This document shows, piece after piece, positions 38,841 through 52,242 of a stretch of DNA of 64,000 nucleotides. Where the stretch lies: NCBI RefSeq assembly GCF_006345805.1, contig NC_043005.1, forward strand, positions 56,978,001-57,042,000, read 5' to 3'. Under the pieces are notes generated by a model, which was given only the letters and a program-made list of their open reading frames with translations, searched no databases and had not been told where the DNA came from. Numbering within the stretch: position 1 is the stretch's first letter; each line of letters opens with the position of its first letter. The position numbers were made by a program, and so were the translations under genes. The stretch comes from Octopus sinensis (lineage: Eukaryota).

Positions 38841-39981
38841 AATTCCTTCCTAATACATTGAATGCTAATGTATCCTCAGCCTTATTCTTCCATTCCCACA
38901 TATAATCATGCGTATGCCTGTATATTATTTCATTTGTTTATGTTCACTTTTATGTACCTGCATGGTTTAGGTGAGTACTTATTTGTGGTAGTATTTTATG
39001 GCTGGATGTTTTTCTGTTGCTTACCTTTTAAACATTGACAAATCAATAGTAAATGTTCTGATTTTCCAAGGCTGTCTGAACTAGGGGAACAAAAACGGAT
39101 GACTAATACCATATATGTCAGTGCACAAGAAGGAATTTGAACCTTAAAAATATCACCCCCAAACTAGAGGTCATCTTAAACACTATCCAAACCTTAACAT
39201 GCTGTGGTTTAGTGTCACCAATGGTGGTAGAGAACAGCATTAAACATTTGCATAGTTCCTATTGTCCTACGTATTGTCACTTCAGAAGCTGTTTGATATA
39301 TATTATGGTAGGTGGTTGACAGTATTTGAATGAATTGGTCGATTTTTTTAATAACCAAGACTATTGCTTACTAGTGTGCTTAACAGTATCATTCCACTGA
39401 TTAGTGGGATGCTTGGCAAAGGACTTTTTGAGACATTAAACTATTAGTGTATGAGGTAGAGTTCCAATAATATCATCTTTGTCACCAAGGAGAAACCATT
39501 ATAATCTTGGTAATCTTATATCACAGTAGGTTACAAACCCTTTGGGGGCCATCTTTGTGTAAACTTTGTGGGCAGTAAAATGAATTTATGATAAGTAGGT
39601 TACAAGAGGTTTTTTTTTTTTTTTGCTCAATGTATTATTAAAACCTGCTTCTGGTAAAAACACTTGGCTGATAAGGACAATGCTCCAACAATTACAGAGA
39701 TACTGGAACCTGCTTCACACACCTCTTAGACCTCTCAAGAGTGAAATATTGCCACATAGTTTTATTCTGTGAGTATAGCTCAAGGAAATTCTGCAGTTGT
39801 CTCATATGCCCAATTAGCCTTATAAACTGATATATATGGTAAAGGATGAGTAAAGTTCAGTTCGTGTCTGTTGAAATCAAATTTATCTATTACCAAACCT
39901 CCACCACTTTTGTTTCATCTACTCTAACTTATCACAAATTTAAATATTTTATGTTAATTAATTTTCTTGTTTTGTTTTTAG

Positions 39982-40062
39982 GAATCAAAAATTTGGCTGG
40001 TGGAATAGTGGACCAATGGATGAAAAAAATAAGGGAAAAGAGTAATCTCGATACTAGTAATG
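39982..40062 (+). CDS. PPP1R10: PNUTS coding exon (81 nt), last helix of TFIIS-N-like domain
   Basis: Acceptor ttttgtttttag| and donor |gtaag. Joins the previous exon in frame: (G)IKNLAGGIVDQWMKKIREKSNLDTSN, resembling human [21 protein letters not shown]. Phase 1-1. Confidence 0.9.
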
Positions 40063-41317
40063 GTAAGAAGCATGAATGCCTCAGTCAGATTGTTAGCTGA
40101 TCCAATAGAGACATTGGTTTTTGTTGGCAATTGAGACAATTTTTTTAATAATTTTTTTTTTACTTTCTAAGGGATTGATAATAGTTAGCTTCTATTTAAG
40201 CTAATAAGAGTAAGCATACACTGAAGGTTGGAACTGATTTGTATGGGTAGCTGAATGTAAAATTATAGATGGCTAAGATTTAGGAAAATGTAAGTTAATT
40301 CTAAATAGGTTTTATAGAGTCTGATGGAGGCATAGAAAACTACTGAATGTATGAAAAAATTTGAAATTATTGATTAATTTGCACAAGGAACAAAATGGTT
40401 TCAATCTTGGGGTATAACTTTGTTGAGATTGTATTTCCTTACACACAACTTTATCAGTCCTTAGAATTTCTTTCTGTAAAAGTAATTATTAATCTGAAAC
40501 ATATAGATATATAATTTTGACCAATATGTTTTCTGTTTAATCCAAAGTATGAGTGCTTAATCAATAATTTAAGGAATCTACACGTGTCTAAAAAAATGGG
40601 TAGCTATGATTTGTAGTTGGATATTTCTTTCCATGTAATGACTTAATCCAGATTACTAACTGCAGATAGCATCTTTCTTAGAATCTCTCCAATGTGGTGA
40701 TAAATATTAAGCCCAGCTTTTGTTTTGATTGCTAAAACCAAAATTCAGAGCAGTGGATTGGTAGAGTGGATAAGCATTGGAAAAGTTCCTTGCAGTATTT
40801 TTCCTGACTCGTTACAATCTCAGTTCAAATACCACTGAGGTCAGATTTGCCTGACATCTTTTCAAGGTTGATAAAATAAAGAACCAGTGATGTACTGGGC
40901 TTGATTTAATCTACTAACTCCTCTCCTTTTCTAAAAAAAAAAAGAAAAGGAACTCTGGCTTTGCTTATGTTAGAAAGAATTATGAAAACCAAAGTCCCAA
41001 ATTATAAAACCACAGAAGAGTCTATCCCCAGATAAAAATCTGGATTATACTGAGTTGGTATGATTGAAATACTAAAAGTTGAACTCTTGACAATTTGGAA
41101 AAGGTTTCCAGTTTTGGAAAGTTTCATTTCAATAAAACTTAATTCCAACATTTCTTCTATGGAAAGTAGTTACGAAGTTGTTAAGAAAATGTGGCCATTA
41201 AACAATGTTTAGGAATGGAAGTGGTAAGATAGTTACAGAGGAAATAATTTAGAAGGAGCAGAGAGAAGTGGGATGGAACAGGCAATCCTGGCATAAGTGA
41301 ATTGAATCATGAGAAGG

Positions 41318-41875
41318 CATCTATATTATAATTTGACATTAGTAGAAAGAAGGCATATCTGCTACTGTGTTTCAGAAGGGAAAGACAGAGAGAGGAGTAG
41401 TAGGAGAGAGAGAGGCCATATCTATTGTTTAGCATTTGGGGACCCATGCCAGCATGGAGGGCAGATGTTAAACAATGATGATGATAATACCTATTACTGT
41501 TTGACATCAGCATAGAGGGCATATCTGTTACTCTTTGCCATTGCTGTTTGACATTTATAGTGGACATATCTGTTGCTGTTTGGCATTTGGAAAGAGAGCA
41601 TAACTGTTGCTATTTGGCATTTGCAGGAAAAGACATGCCTATTACTGTTTGACATTTGGAGAGCGGAGACACCTATTACTGTTTGGCATTTGTGGGGAGG
41701 ACACATGTACTACTGTTTGACATTTGCAGGGAAAGGACATAGCTGTTACTTTTTGACATATGGAAAAAGGACAACATATGTGTCACTCATTGAAAACCAA
41801 AGAGATTTACCTGTTACCACTTGACATTTGAAAAAATAGGATATACCTGTTAATGATTGATACTTGGAAGTAGGT
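41318..41875. repeat. Degenerate ~34-36 nt minisatellite (about 14 units)
   Basis: Recurring 'cct(a/g)ttactgtttg(a/g)catttg' followed by a 12-15 nt variable purine-rich segment. Interrupted by a SINE tail at about 41440-41488. Confidence 0.8.
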
Positions 41876-43479
41876 GGAAATATATAAATAAATATAAAAA
41901 TATATAAGACTATGTAGAATTATTACTGGGAGTTTATCAAAGTTAAGTTTTACTAGAGCAGAGTGGCTGGGTGCAAAGGTCACCATTTGACCTGTGTTAA
42001 TGTGGCACCAAGATGATGTTAACCTGGGAACATTGAGAGAGACTAAATGCTTCAGATTCGTACATTGTATGCACTAAATGTTATTCTACCCTACATATTA
42101 TAAGGTAAAACAAGAGTTTGGATGATGTATTTAAATTACGCCAAAGGTTAAGAATGCTTGTGGTAAAGTGGATATTGACTTAGACTTATAATATGGTGGG
42201 TGTAGATCCTAAAAAGTTGGGAGTGGTAGTGATAAATGTACATAGTGCAGGTATAGAACTGTGAAAAAAAGTCTTAGTGTGACTCAATTTGATCACCATC
42301 TTTATTGTCATCATCGTTTTTACATCCATTTTCCTATCTTGGCATGAGTTAGATGAAACTTGTTGGAGCAAATTTTTCTATGATCGATTAGCTACTCTTC
42401 TTCCCACCAACCATTACCAGTTTTTTTTTCTTCTGGAAATGATGGAAATTTTCCTTATCAAAGAATGTAACTGTTTCACTCGGGTGGTGTTTATGAGAAC
42501 ATGATGTGTGTGCATGCACAAACATACTCGTGGAGGATGAACCTCTTCTTAATTTATGCTGCCCAGTTCCATTCATATGATATTGGCCATCTTGATACTT
42601 TAGCTATTGTTTGCCCAAGATGTCATTGTGGGACTGGACCTGGAACCATGTGATTGTAAAGCAAACTTCATTACCACATAGCCATGCCTGTGAATTAAAA
42701 GAAATGAACCTCACTAATGAGAGAGAGAGTAAGATATTACTCTCCACCCAACCATGTCAGCTTGAGAAAATTGATGTTAAACTGTTACAATGGTAATAGG
42801 GTGTCAGATGCTAATTAATCTGGATGAATACTTTGGTAAAAACACAAAGGCTGAATATTAAGTTAAGCTTCTAATAAAATGAGATCTGATGTTATGTTAA
42901 AAATTTTGATCAATGGTAGTATGTCATCATTATCTAGGTCAACTCTAATCAGTCAAGCATACAATCAAAGGCATGATTTTCACTTCTTCATAGATTGTGT
43001 ACCTGAGCCTACACAACCCACAATCTCCTTTCTTCCTTTTAAAATGGTAGGGTGTAATTTGAGGGTGATGTAGCTATTTCTTGCAAGTTGAGCAACTGTG
43101 TTGAGATTCTCTTGTTGGCTTGTGGTAACGTTAGATAGAGATTGGCGGTAATTTGAGTGAAGGGTTTGCTAGTCAGCTGAGGCAAGTACTATATCTTTGT
43201 TCAGTGAGGGTTTCCAATCTGGAGACAGTTTGTGGCAGAGAAAACTTTTCTTATTTACCTCTGCCAATTGTTGAACTTCCTTAAATTATTAACTCTATTT
43301 GTATACTTTGGGCCAAAATTGTAGGACGTAAAGGTAAAATAATAAGCAAAATTCGAGTGGTTAACCAAAATATTTTAGGGTATTAGCCAAGTGGTACGGG
43401 TTAATGAAAACGGCTTGGACTCCAAAATCATGAGATGTTCACCAAAATGGCTTTGATTGTAAATCTAGATGGTTTAGAT

Positions 43480-43733
43480 CAGTATTTCTCAACTAGTATT
43501 TACCTATTGACCTCTTTGATTGCTATTTTACTTGGCTGGAACCCCATACTTATTCAATGCTTTAAAAAACCATTTTTTTTCCTTATAATTACATAGTATT
43601 AGGAATTGTATAAAAAGAATTGTAAAAATATTTTATTGTGGAGAAATATAATCAATTTATTGCACATAAACTTTAACAACAAAATCTTATGTAGACCCCC
43701 AAAGGTCATATGGTCGCAGGTTGAGAACCACTG
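43480..43733. mobile_element. hAT-type MITE
   Basis: TIRs cagtatttctcaact and ggttgagaaccactg; 8-bp TSD-like flanks gtttagat and gtttaaac (6/8 match). Confidence 0.7.
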
Positions 43734-44557
43734 GTTTAAACTATAAACAAATGGTTTGGGATGTTAACTAAAATAATTTATGTTTGACAAGAATCCCTCC
43801 TCTTTTAAGATCTGATTAAGTCTTCATCAATCTTCATATTGACTAATTGGTCAATCACCTTAAGGCAGGAAATTGGTAGAGCCATTAGAGTATCTGATAA
43901 AATATCTTGTAGTATTTAGCCCACCTCTCTGTGCTTTTAGTTTAGCTCATGCCAAGGTCAACTTTACCTTTCATCCTTTTAGGGTCAGTATAAAAAATGT
44001 GCTGGTCCAAGGCTGTGAATTGTTGTAATTGTAAGAACATTTGTTCCAATTCCCAGTGTTTTTACAGCAACATCACTTGTACCAAGCTGTATTGGACTTG
44101 TCTTTCTCTTGGATGACAATGGTAAGAAGAGGGTAGACTTGTATGCATGGACAACTTCTAGTTTTCCAGAAAAGACTTTGTCCAAGCTTCCATTTTAGAG
44201 TGGAGAATTTATTAGGTGTAGATACTTAGACTGCCTGTAACAAATGACAAAGACCAAAAGTCAGTTAATCTTAAAACATCAGATATTTTTGATGTCATTT
44301 TATTATAACTGCTAAATATTTTGTAGTAAATGTCAGAACTTCTCATTGTACATTTGCCATCTTAATTATTCCAATATAAGTAAGCATTTATTGTAGGATA
44401 TCAAATGATGCAACAAGCTTTTACTGCAAAATATTTTCCTTGAAATGAATATTTTGCTTATTTTGGCTATGTCGAGAAATATAAGTTAAAAAAAAAAAAA
44501 AACTCTTGAAACCTATCAACATTTAAAACTCTGTGTGTGCGTGTATGTATGTATGTA

Positions 44558-44596
<39 letters not shown>

Positions 44597-44654
44597 TCAC
44601 ATACATACATGTATATGTATACACACACAAACAACAACACCTTTATAAATAGGC

Positions 44655-44900
44655 AAAGGTGTGGCTGTGTGGTAAGAAGTTTGATCCACAACCACATGGT
44701 TCTGGGTTTAATCCCACTGCATGCAACAAGGGCAAGTGTCTTCTACTATAGCCCAAATAAACTTGTTTGAGTGGATTTGGTAGAGAGAAACTGAAAGAAG
44801 CCTGCTGTGTGTGAATGAGTGTCTTATGTTTGTGTATCCTTGTGTTGACATGGTGTAATAGTTGCAAAATGATTGTCACTATCATACAAGTGGTGTCATT
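44655..44900 (+). mobile_element. CORE-like SINE, 5' portion
   Basis: ggtgtggctgtgtggtaagaag...gggtttaatcccactg...ggatttggtagagagaaactgaaagaagcc. Confidence 0.7.
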
Positions 44901-46139
44901 CATTTCCAATATTCTGGGCTTGTTGAAATATTAATCTTGCTTGGAAAGAGTTGAGGGTTGGTGACAGGAAGGGCATCTAGCCATAGAAAATCTGCCTCAG
45001 CATACTCCATCCAACCCATGCGAAAATGGTAAAGTGAACTTACCATATATATATATGGTGAACTTACATATATATATGCATGTGTGCACACACACACACA
45101 CACACACACACAAAATAGTGAATTGGCAATGCCTTGCAGTATTTATCTTTGTTCTCTAAGCTGGGGGTCAGCTCTGCATTACACTGATGAAAAGTACCAA
45201 CTCAAGTGTACTGCAGTGGTGGGATTCTTAGAATTGGATGGGATGCCTTGTGCTGCTTGTGCATTCTGGTTTTGATGGCAACATCTGTGACAACAATGGT
45301 ACCAGGCTTAGGATAACATTGATGTTGTTGGGAACAAGAGACTTGGCTTACATGGGCAACTGTTAGTCTTCTACAAGAAATAAAAAACCTTTCTCAGGCC
45401 TGCACCTTAGAAAGGATCTTTCTTGGTGAACTTTACTTCTAGAATAGACAACAAATGCCATTGATGTGTGTGTGTGTGTGTGTGGCCATGAAGAAATGGA
45501 AGAAAAAGTATTTGATACCAAAATAGTCTAGTTTATTTTGGCTTATCCAATGAAGGCACATGGCTGAGTGGTTAGGTTAGGCTCATGAGTTCAATACCTG
45601 GTAGCATACTGTGTCCTTAAGCAAGATACTTTATTTCATGTTGCTCCAGTCCACTCAGCTTGTTGAAATGAGTAGCATCTGTATTTCAAAGAACCAGCCA
45701 TGTTACACTCTGTGTCATGCTGAATCTCTCTGAGAACTGTAGTAAGGGTACACGTTTGTGGAGTGCTCAGCTGCTTACACGTTAATTTCAAGAGCAGGCT
45801 GTTCCATTGTTCAAATCAACTGGAACCCTTGTTGCAACTTATGGAGTGCCAGTTATCCAGCCTCTTGTCATTCTGGAATTTCTCTGGTGTCCCATGAGCA
45901 GAAAAATATTGAGTATCACCAAAAGACTATTTGTCTTGGACAAGTAATCTGTGATTGACAAGATGGTCAGGCTGTAGCTGATAAACTATTGTGCATAAGT
46001 ACCTGCCTCATACACACAGACATGTGCACATATGTGTGTGATGGTTGTTCACTTACAGCCCAACCATTTAGTCAGTTGCATGTACTTATCAAGCAAATAC
46101 TCATTAATTGTTATTTGTTTCCTTGTAAGAGGAAACTCC

Positions 46140-46440
46140 AGGATGCTTGCTACTGGATGAGCTGTGTAGCTAAGAAGCTCCAGTTCAGCCCCACTGCATG
46201 GCACTTTCAGCATGTGCCCTCTCGTATAGCTCCCAGTTGACCAATGCTTTGTGAGTGAATTTGGTAGTTGGAAACTGTGTGGAAGCTTGTTGTATTCCAG
46301 TGTCTGTCTGTTTGCCTTCTTGTGTTTGTTCTCCCATCACCATTTAACAATCAGTGCTGCTTTATGTCCTTGTAAGTTAGTGGTCCAGCAAAAGAGATCA
46401 AAAGAACAAGTACCAAACTTTAAAAAAAACAAAAAAAAAA
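46140..46440 (+). mobile_element. CORE-like SINE, old copy
   Basis: gatgagctgtgtagctaagaagctcc...gtgagtgaatttggtag...ccttgtaagttagtggtccagcaaaagag. Confidence 0.6.
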
Positions 46441-46789
46441 ATAGGGAAAAAGAATATACTGGAGTCAGTTTGTTCAACGAAACCTTTCAAGGGGGTGTTT
46501 ATATATTTTCACACATATCACATGATCATGTGACCAACTAGGCTGCCAGATGTTATTACACACCACTGGTCACAATGCTTTTGCATTGTTTTAGCCTTCA
46601 AATGATGCTATCCTGATGGCTAGGTGAGCAGGTCAACTTTCCCCGCTGATCAAAGAGGGGACTGGAGCAACTTGAAATGAAGTGTATTGCTTAAGAACAC
46701 AATGTACCCTCCTGTCAGGGAATCGAACCCGCGATTGTGAGTGCAACAGCCTAACCACTAGGTCACTCACCTTCACATTTACACACACC

Positions 46790-47205
46790 CACCTTTTAGC
46801 TTTTATTTGTTTCAATCACTAGACTGTGGCCATGCTGGGGCACTGCCTTGAATTTTTAGTTGAATGAGTCAACTCCAGCGCTTCTTTTTAAGAAGTAGAA
46901 CTTATTCTGTCAGTCTCTTTTGCTGAACTGCTAAGTTATGGAGACACAAACACACCAACATTGGTTGTCAAATGGTGGTGGTGGTGAAAAACACAGACAA
47001 AAGGACACACACAATAGACATACATACACGTGTGCACGTGCACACACAGACATGAAGGCTTCTTTCAGTTTCCATCTACTAAGTCCACTCACAAGGTTTT
47101 GGTTGGTCTTTGGTAGAAGACACTTACCCAAGCTGCCACGCAATGGGATTGAACCCAAAACCATGTAGTTGGGAAGCAAGCTTCTTACACTGCCATGTCT
47201 GTGCC
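46790..47205 (-). mobile_element. CORE-like SINE copy
   Basis: Revcomp of the family consensus from tail (tttatttgtttcaatcactagactgtggcc) to head (cttcttacactgccatgtctgtgcc). Confidence 0.75.
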
Positions 47206-47889
47206 TGTAAAACCATGCCGATATATGTATGTATATGATGAGGAATTATTAAGTTTATCCTAAAGAATTACAAGATTGTATAACCTTTAGATTAATTGCA
47301 TATAACAAGTTTCATTGTAAAATGTTGATTTACATAAAAAAGCATGAAATAAAAATATAGATTGATGGACTGGGACAGTTTTAAGTAAGAAAATATTTTG
47401 GTATTAGATAAATCAGAGATGAAAAAAATGCTGGTTTGTATTTAAGAAAGAAAAAAATCTATTTTCATATTGAATTAGTGAACAATTTAATTTATTGGTT
47501 ATTAGTTTGTAGGAGACCAATCACTGGTTCATTGCATTTCTGATGATGAGAGTGATAAGGGAGTGCCTGTAACCAGCTGCAGAATAAATATTGCAATGGA
47601 CTTGATTCTAAAAGCACTGAGTTTTTTTTAATGTCTTGCAGTGTTGTCATCTTTCAGTATACATTGTCGAAAGACACTCACATATGCATAACGGGCTTTT
47701 GCTTTGTTTGTGCCAGCCAAAATTCTATTTACATGTTTATGGAAGAAAACATTTGGCCAACATACTGTGCAGTGGAATTGAACCTGGAATCACATGGTTG
47801 AGAATTGACTTCCTTAACCTCACAGCCATGAGATCAAGTCTTTATCACTGGTCCAATGTATACTTATTATAGTTTTATTTTTGCTATTT

Positions 47890-48493
47890 TCTTACTATAC
47901 TCTTACTCTTTACTCTTTTACTCTCTCTTTTCCTTGTTTCAGTCATTTGACTGTGGCCATGCTGGAGCACCGCCTTTAGTCGAGCAAATCGACCCCGGGA
48001 CTTATTCTTTGTAAGCCCAGTACTTATTCTATCGGTCTCTTTTGCCGAACCGCTAAGTGACGGAGACTTAAACACACCAGCATCGGTTGTCAAGCAATGC
48101 TAGGGGGACAAACAGACACACTAACATATACACACACACACTTATATATATATCCATATATACGACAGGCTTCTTTCAGTTTCCGTCTACCAAATCCACT
48201 CACAAGGCATTGGTCGGCCCGGGGCTATCGTAGAAGACACTTGCCCAAGATGCCACGCAGTGGGACTGAACCCGGAACCATGTGGTTGGTTAGCAAGCTA
48301 CTTACCACACAGCCACTCCTATGTCAGTTATTCTTTTATTTATTTGAGTCATTAGACTGTGGCCATGCTGGGGCACCACCTTTAAAAGTTTTAGTTGAAT
48401 GAATCAACTGCAGTATTTTTTTTAAAACCTAGTACTTATTCTATCAGTCTCTTTTGCCAAACCTCTAAGTTATGGACATGCACATACATACAT

Positions 48494-48544
<51 letters not shown>

Positions 48545-48712
48545 TACGACAGGCTTCTTTCAGTTTCCATGTCCCAGATCCACTCACAAAGCTTTGGTTG
48601 GCTCAAGTCTATAGTAGAAGACACTTGTATAAGGTGACATGTCATGGGACTGAACCCAGAGCCATGTGGTTGGGAAGTAAGCTCCTTACCACACAGCCAC
48701 TCCTATGCCTGC
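47890..48712 (-). mobile_element. Two head-to-tail CORE-like SINE copies (about 47890-48322 and 48325-48712)
   Basis: Each has the tail (ctctttta)n, gactgtggccatgctgg and a head ending accacacagccactcctatg. The first copy is CpG-rich and young. Confidence 0.85.
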
Positions 48713-51700
48713 ATAGGAGTATGTTTATTATACAAAATGTCAAACTGAAGAGATTCTAAAAAAAAAAAAAACTATCTTTTTTTCTCTTTCATACATAAAC
48801 CATTTTCTCTGAAGAAATTGGGTTCAGGAAAGAGTGTTAGATTCTGTCATTCCACAGTATTAGCAATTCCTGTGAAAACGTGGAGGGATGGAAAGAAAAA
48901 TGTAGATGGATGAAAACCCAGTCCAACATTATTGAAACACTGTCATGAACCAAATGCATTGTATCTTAACCCTTCCTTGATTACATTTCCAATGATATAC
49001 ACTTCGTATCTTTTTTTGGTTAAGCTTGGAAAGCATTTCAAGACTTTGAAGAGATTTAGTAAAAATAAGAAACTCTCTCATTATTAAATAGGTGTTTCAA
49101 GGGTAGTGGAATTGTAGAATTGTTAGAGCACAAGACAAAATACTTTGCTGTATTTCTTTTGGTTTTTTATGTTCAAATCACGCTGAGGTCACCTTTATCT
49201 TTGATTCCTCCAGGGCTGATAAAATAAAGTAGTAGTCTAGTACTTGGGTCAATGTAAAAAGATTGCTAGGCCTTGTATCTAAATTGTAAACCTAATGTCA
49301 TTGTGGTGTTTGAAGCATAACTTCAACTGCTAAGTTAATAATTTAAATATAGAACATTTAAAACTAGGCAACTTTGTATCATATTGGTTTCAGGCAGGTC
49401 AGGACTAGAAAGGTTGTAAAGAAATAAAACTAGTATAATCTTGAAGGAAGGAAAGTATTAGTACTTGTGTTGTAGAATTTACCATGGTGAGGGCTAAGGT
49501 AGCAGATTTTATTGTGTTGTAAATCTAAATTGGTAAGTATTGTATAATTGTCATGTAATATTTAGACTGATCTGCGGGGAAACAGAAAATAGGCATAAAT
49601 ATTTCTTTCACTAGAAGAGAAAAAAATAGTTTATGACCAGTACTTTAGAACACTGGTTCTTAAACTGACAAGTACCAGGTCCATCCTAATGTAGTAGGGA
49701 AGTATTTTGGCACCCCTTCCCCCTTTTTGCTAATTATATGACAAAATAGATTTTTGCATCTATATAATTCTCCTTCAAGCACATCATCACCACCACCACC
49801 ACCATCATTTAATGTCTGTTTTCCATGCTGGCATGAAGTGGATGGTTTGATAGGAGCTGGCAAAGTCAGGAACCATATCGGGTTCCATAGTCTGTTTTGG
49901 TTTGGTTTCTACAGCTTGATACCCTTCCTAATGCCAACCATTTTACAGAGTGTACTGGGTGTTTTTTACATGGCACCAGCATCAGCAGCTAAGGATATTA
50001 GAAACCATCTTAATTATATTTAATGTAGCAGTTGTCCTCCAGCTTTTCGATCCTTATAGTTCTCCCTGTCTCATGAGAAGTACTGTTCTAGGGAATATAA
50101 AAGAAGAAAGCAAGTTTGCCTTTAGTTATGGCATTTTTCAGTAGAAAGATGGAATAAATTTGAAGATGTCTATTAGATTGTTTTAATATCTTTGCCAGAG
50201 CATATAGCATTTTAATTATAGACATTGGTCGGTAAGGATTTAGGTCTGGGAATACTATTAGAACAAGTGCTGAGAAAACTTCTTTCACTGTTATCATTAT
50301 TAAGAGCTTCTGTTCAAATTAATTGATGCTAAATCACTTGTTGGTACATTATCATTTGATATGTCAAGAAGTACTGTATGTTCTACATTTGAAACTTGTC
50401 ATTGTTAATAAAATATATTAACGGTTGCATACTTAAACAAAAGAACTTGTCAGGTAAGTAGTATCAGTGGTGTCCTGAAACTAAACTGTGCTGGTCCCAA
50501 GTCAGATCTCTGTAACATGCCTCTGCAAATGGTGTAACTAATACATTATGCTTGCAGTTACTCATTGCTTCTTGATAGTCGGTTATCATTCGAGTTGCTT
50601 GCTTCTCTTGTAACATCAGGATGGTGGTGGGATGAGTGTGACATATAATTGGATAAACTAAAACCTAAATACAAAGCTATTATAGTGGATGAAGAATGAA
50701 AGTATTTGATTTTCTTTGTACTTTAAAGAAAAAATGTAAAGATTTATTCTTGAGTACTTCTTGAGAACTTCATTTCTACTCCTTGTATTTGAACCTCATC
50801 AAAACTCCTAGTTTCGTCTTCTCTAGTGGTGGTTGTAGTTTTAAAGTGTTATCTCCTCAGTTTGTCAGTTTATTTCATCTTCTAACCATAGATTTTTTTT
50901 GCTGTTGTTTGTAATCAGTTTCACTAGTTAAGACTTCTATTAATTTTGAGAAACTGACTGGGCAGCCAACAGGTGTAGACAAAAGCGGGTTGTATCCATA
51001 TATGTAAAAGTATGAAACTGAGTGAAAAAGCTCCATAAATAAAAGCAGTAGAGAACATTACAAATTACAAATTTGTGAAAAAAATGTGGGGTGCAAAGGA
51101 TGTAGTTCAACAAACCATACAAAACCAAGCTCCACAAATATTAGAGCATCATAAAAAAAATGTAATCTGATCCATGATTGCATTAAAAAGTATGCTAAAG
51201 CATGGATGATACCCTGCTTTGCTTTTATTAGAACTAAAGTAATTATATTTCATACCATTTCAACAAATGGTATATGAAACTGTTAATATACCTAGCAGGT
51301 GTCTATGGTAACCTGTATAAAAATTATGAAAAGAAATTTTTTGTCAGTATACACAGAACACATCTGGAACCTTAATTTATGTGTTACCATTTCTTTCTAT
51401 TTCCTCTCAGACTTTTTGGCAATGAAATTATCTCCACTCTTGCAAATTTTGGCTTTTGCTCAAAACTGCATCAGCAGTAAGCATTTTTCTATCATAAAGA
51501 TATTTCTAGAAATTATTCATTCTAATACTGTCTCTAGATCATTCTTCACTGAGGTGTACCATGTTTTATATTTTTAAAAATAACCAGTTCTATTTTACAT
51601 GGTGCAACATGTTCCCTCAGTCTAAAGTAGTTTATATAGATTGTCATTAAGGTAAAAGCTTTTGTATAATGGTTTTGTCTTGTGTGATTGATTATATTTA

Positions 51701-51804
51701 AGTTCTTGGAATGTAAAAATCGGTTGCTTATTTGGAAATTGGGTATCGTGCTTTGATTTAGGGATTTTACTCTGGATGAAAGCATAAACTCTCTCACACT
51801 GTCT

Positions 51805-52032
51805 TTAACTTTAGCATTTAATCCAGCCATATCTAGCTCAAGCAGTCTACCTCTTTTATGTTCAGAATGATCTGATCTGGCCTCTCATTCTTGTTCTACA
51901 ATGTCATTCTAAACATAAACAATCACATCATTGAAAGTTTGAAACTACAAGATAGTGCATGAGTAATTGAAAATGATGTGAATATTTATTCACATTACAT
52001 TTGACTGAGTAATCTGAATGTTGAAGGGTTAA
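51805..52032. mobile_element. piggyBac-type MITE, copy of the 27358-27571 family
   Basis: ttaa...gaagggttaa ends; internal sequence homologous to 27358-27571. Confidence 0.55.
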
Positions 52033-52242
52033 AGTGGTGAGCACATTCTAAATTCTAGGACTAAATGCTTACAATTAATGGCCATAATTAAGATTTAATG
52101 AAGTGTTTACTGAAACAACACAAACTCAGATTTAGGGACATGTGACAATAGATACTTAGATTTAGGTACCTTCTGATGGGTGTTTTGTTGGTTTTGAGAC
52201 ATGTAATATTTGGAGGATTTTAGTTTTTTTTCATTCCCCTAA

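Noticed and set aside
41318-41875. CRISPR array interpretation
   Set aside because: Eukaryotic intron, degenerate repeats, only 12-15 nt purine-biased spacers, and no cas genes or leader. Kept as a minisatellite.
50088-50297. Minus ORF containing PYRPMSII..LAKIL, similar to RT 'NYRPISLL'
   Set aside because: Single short motif with no supporting downstream RT motifs.
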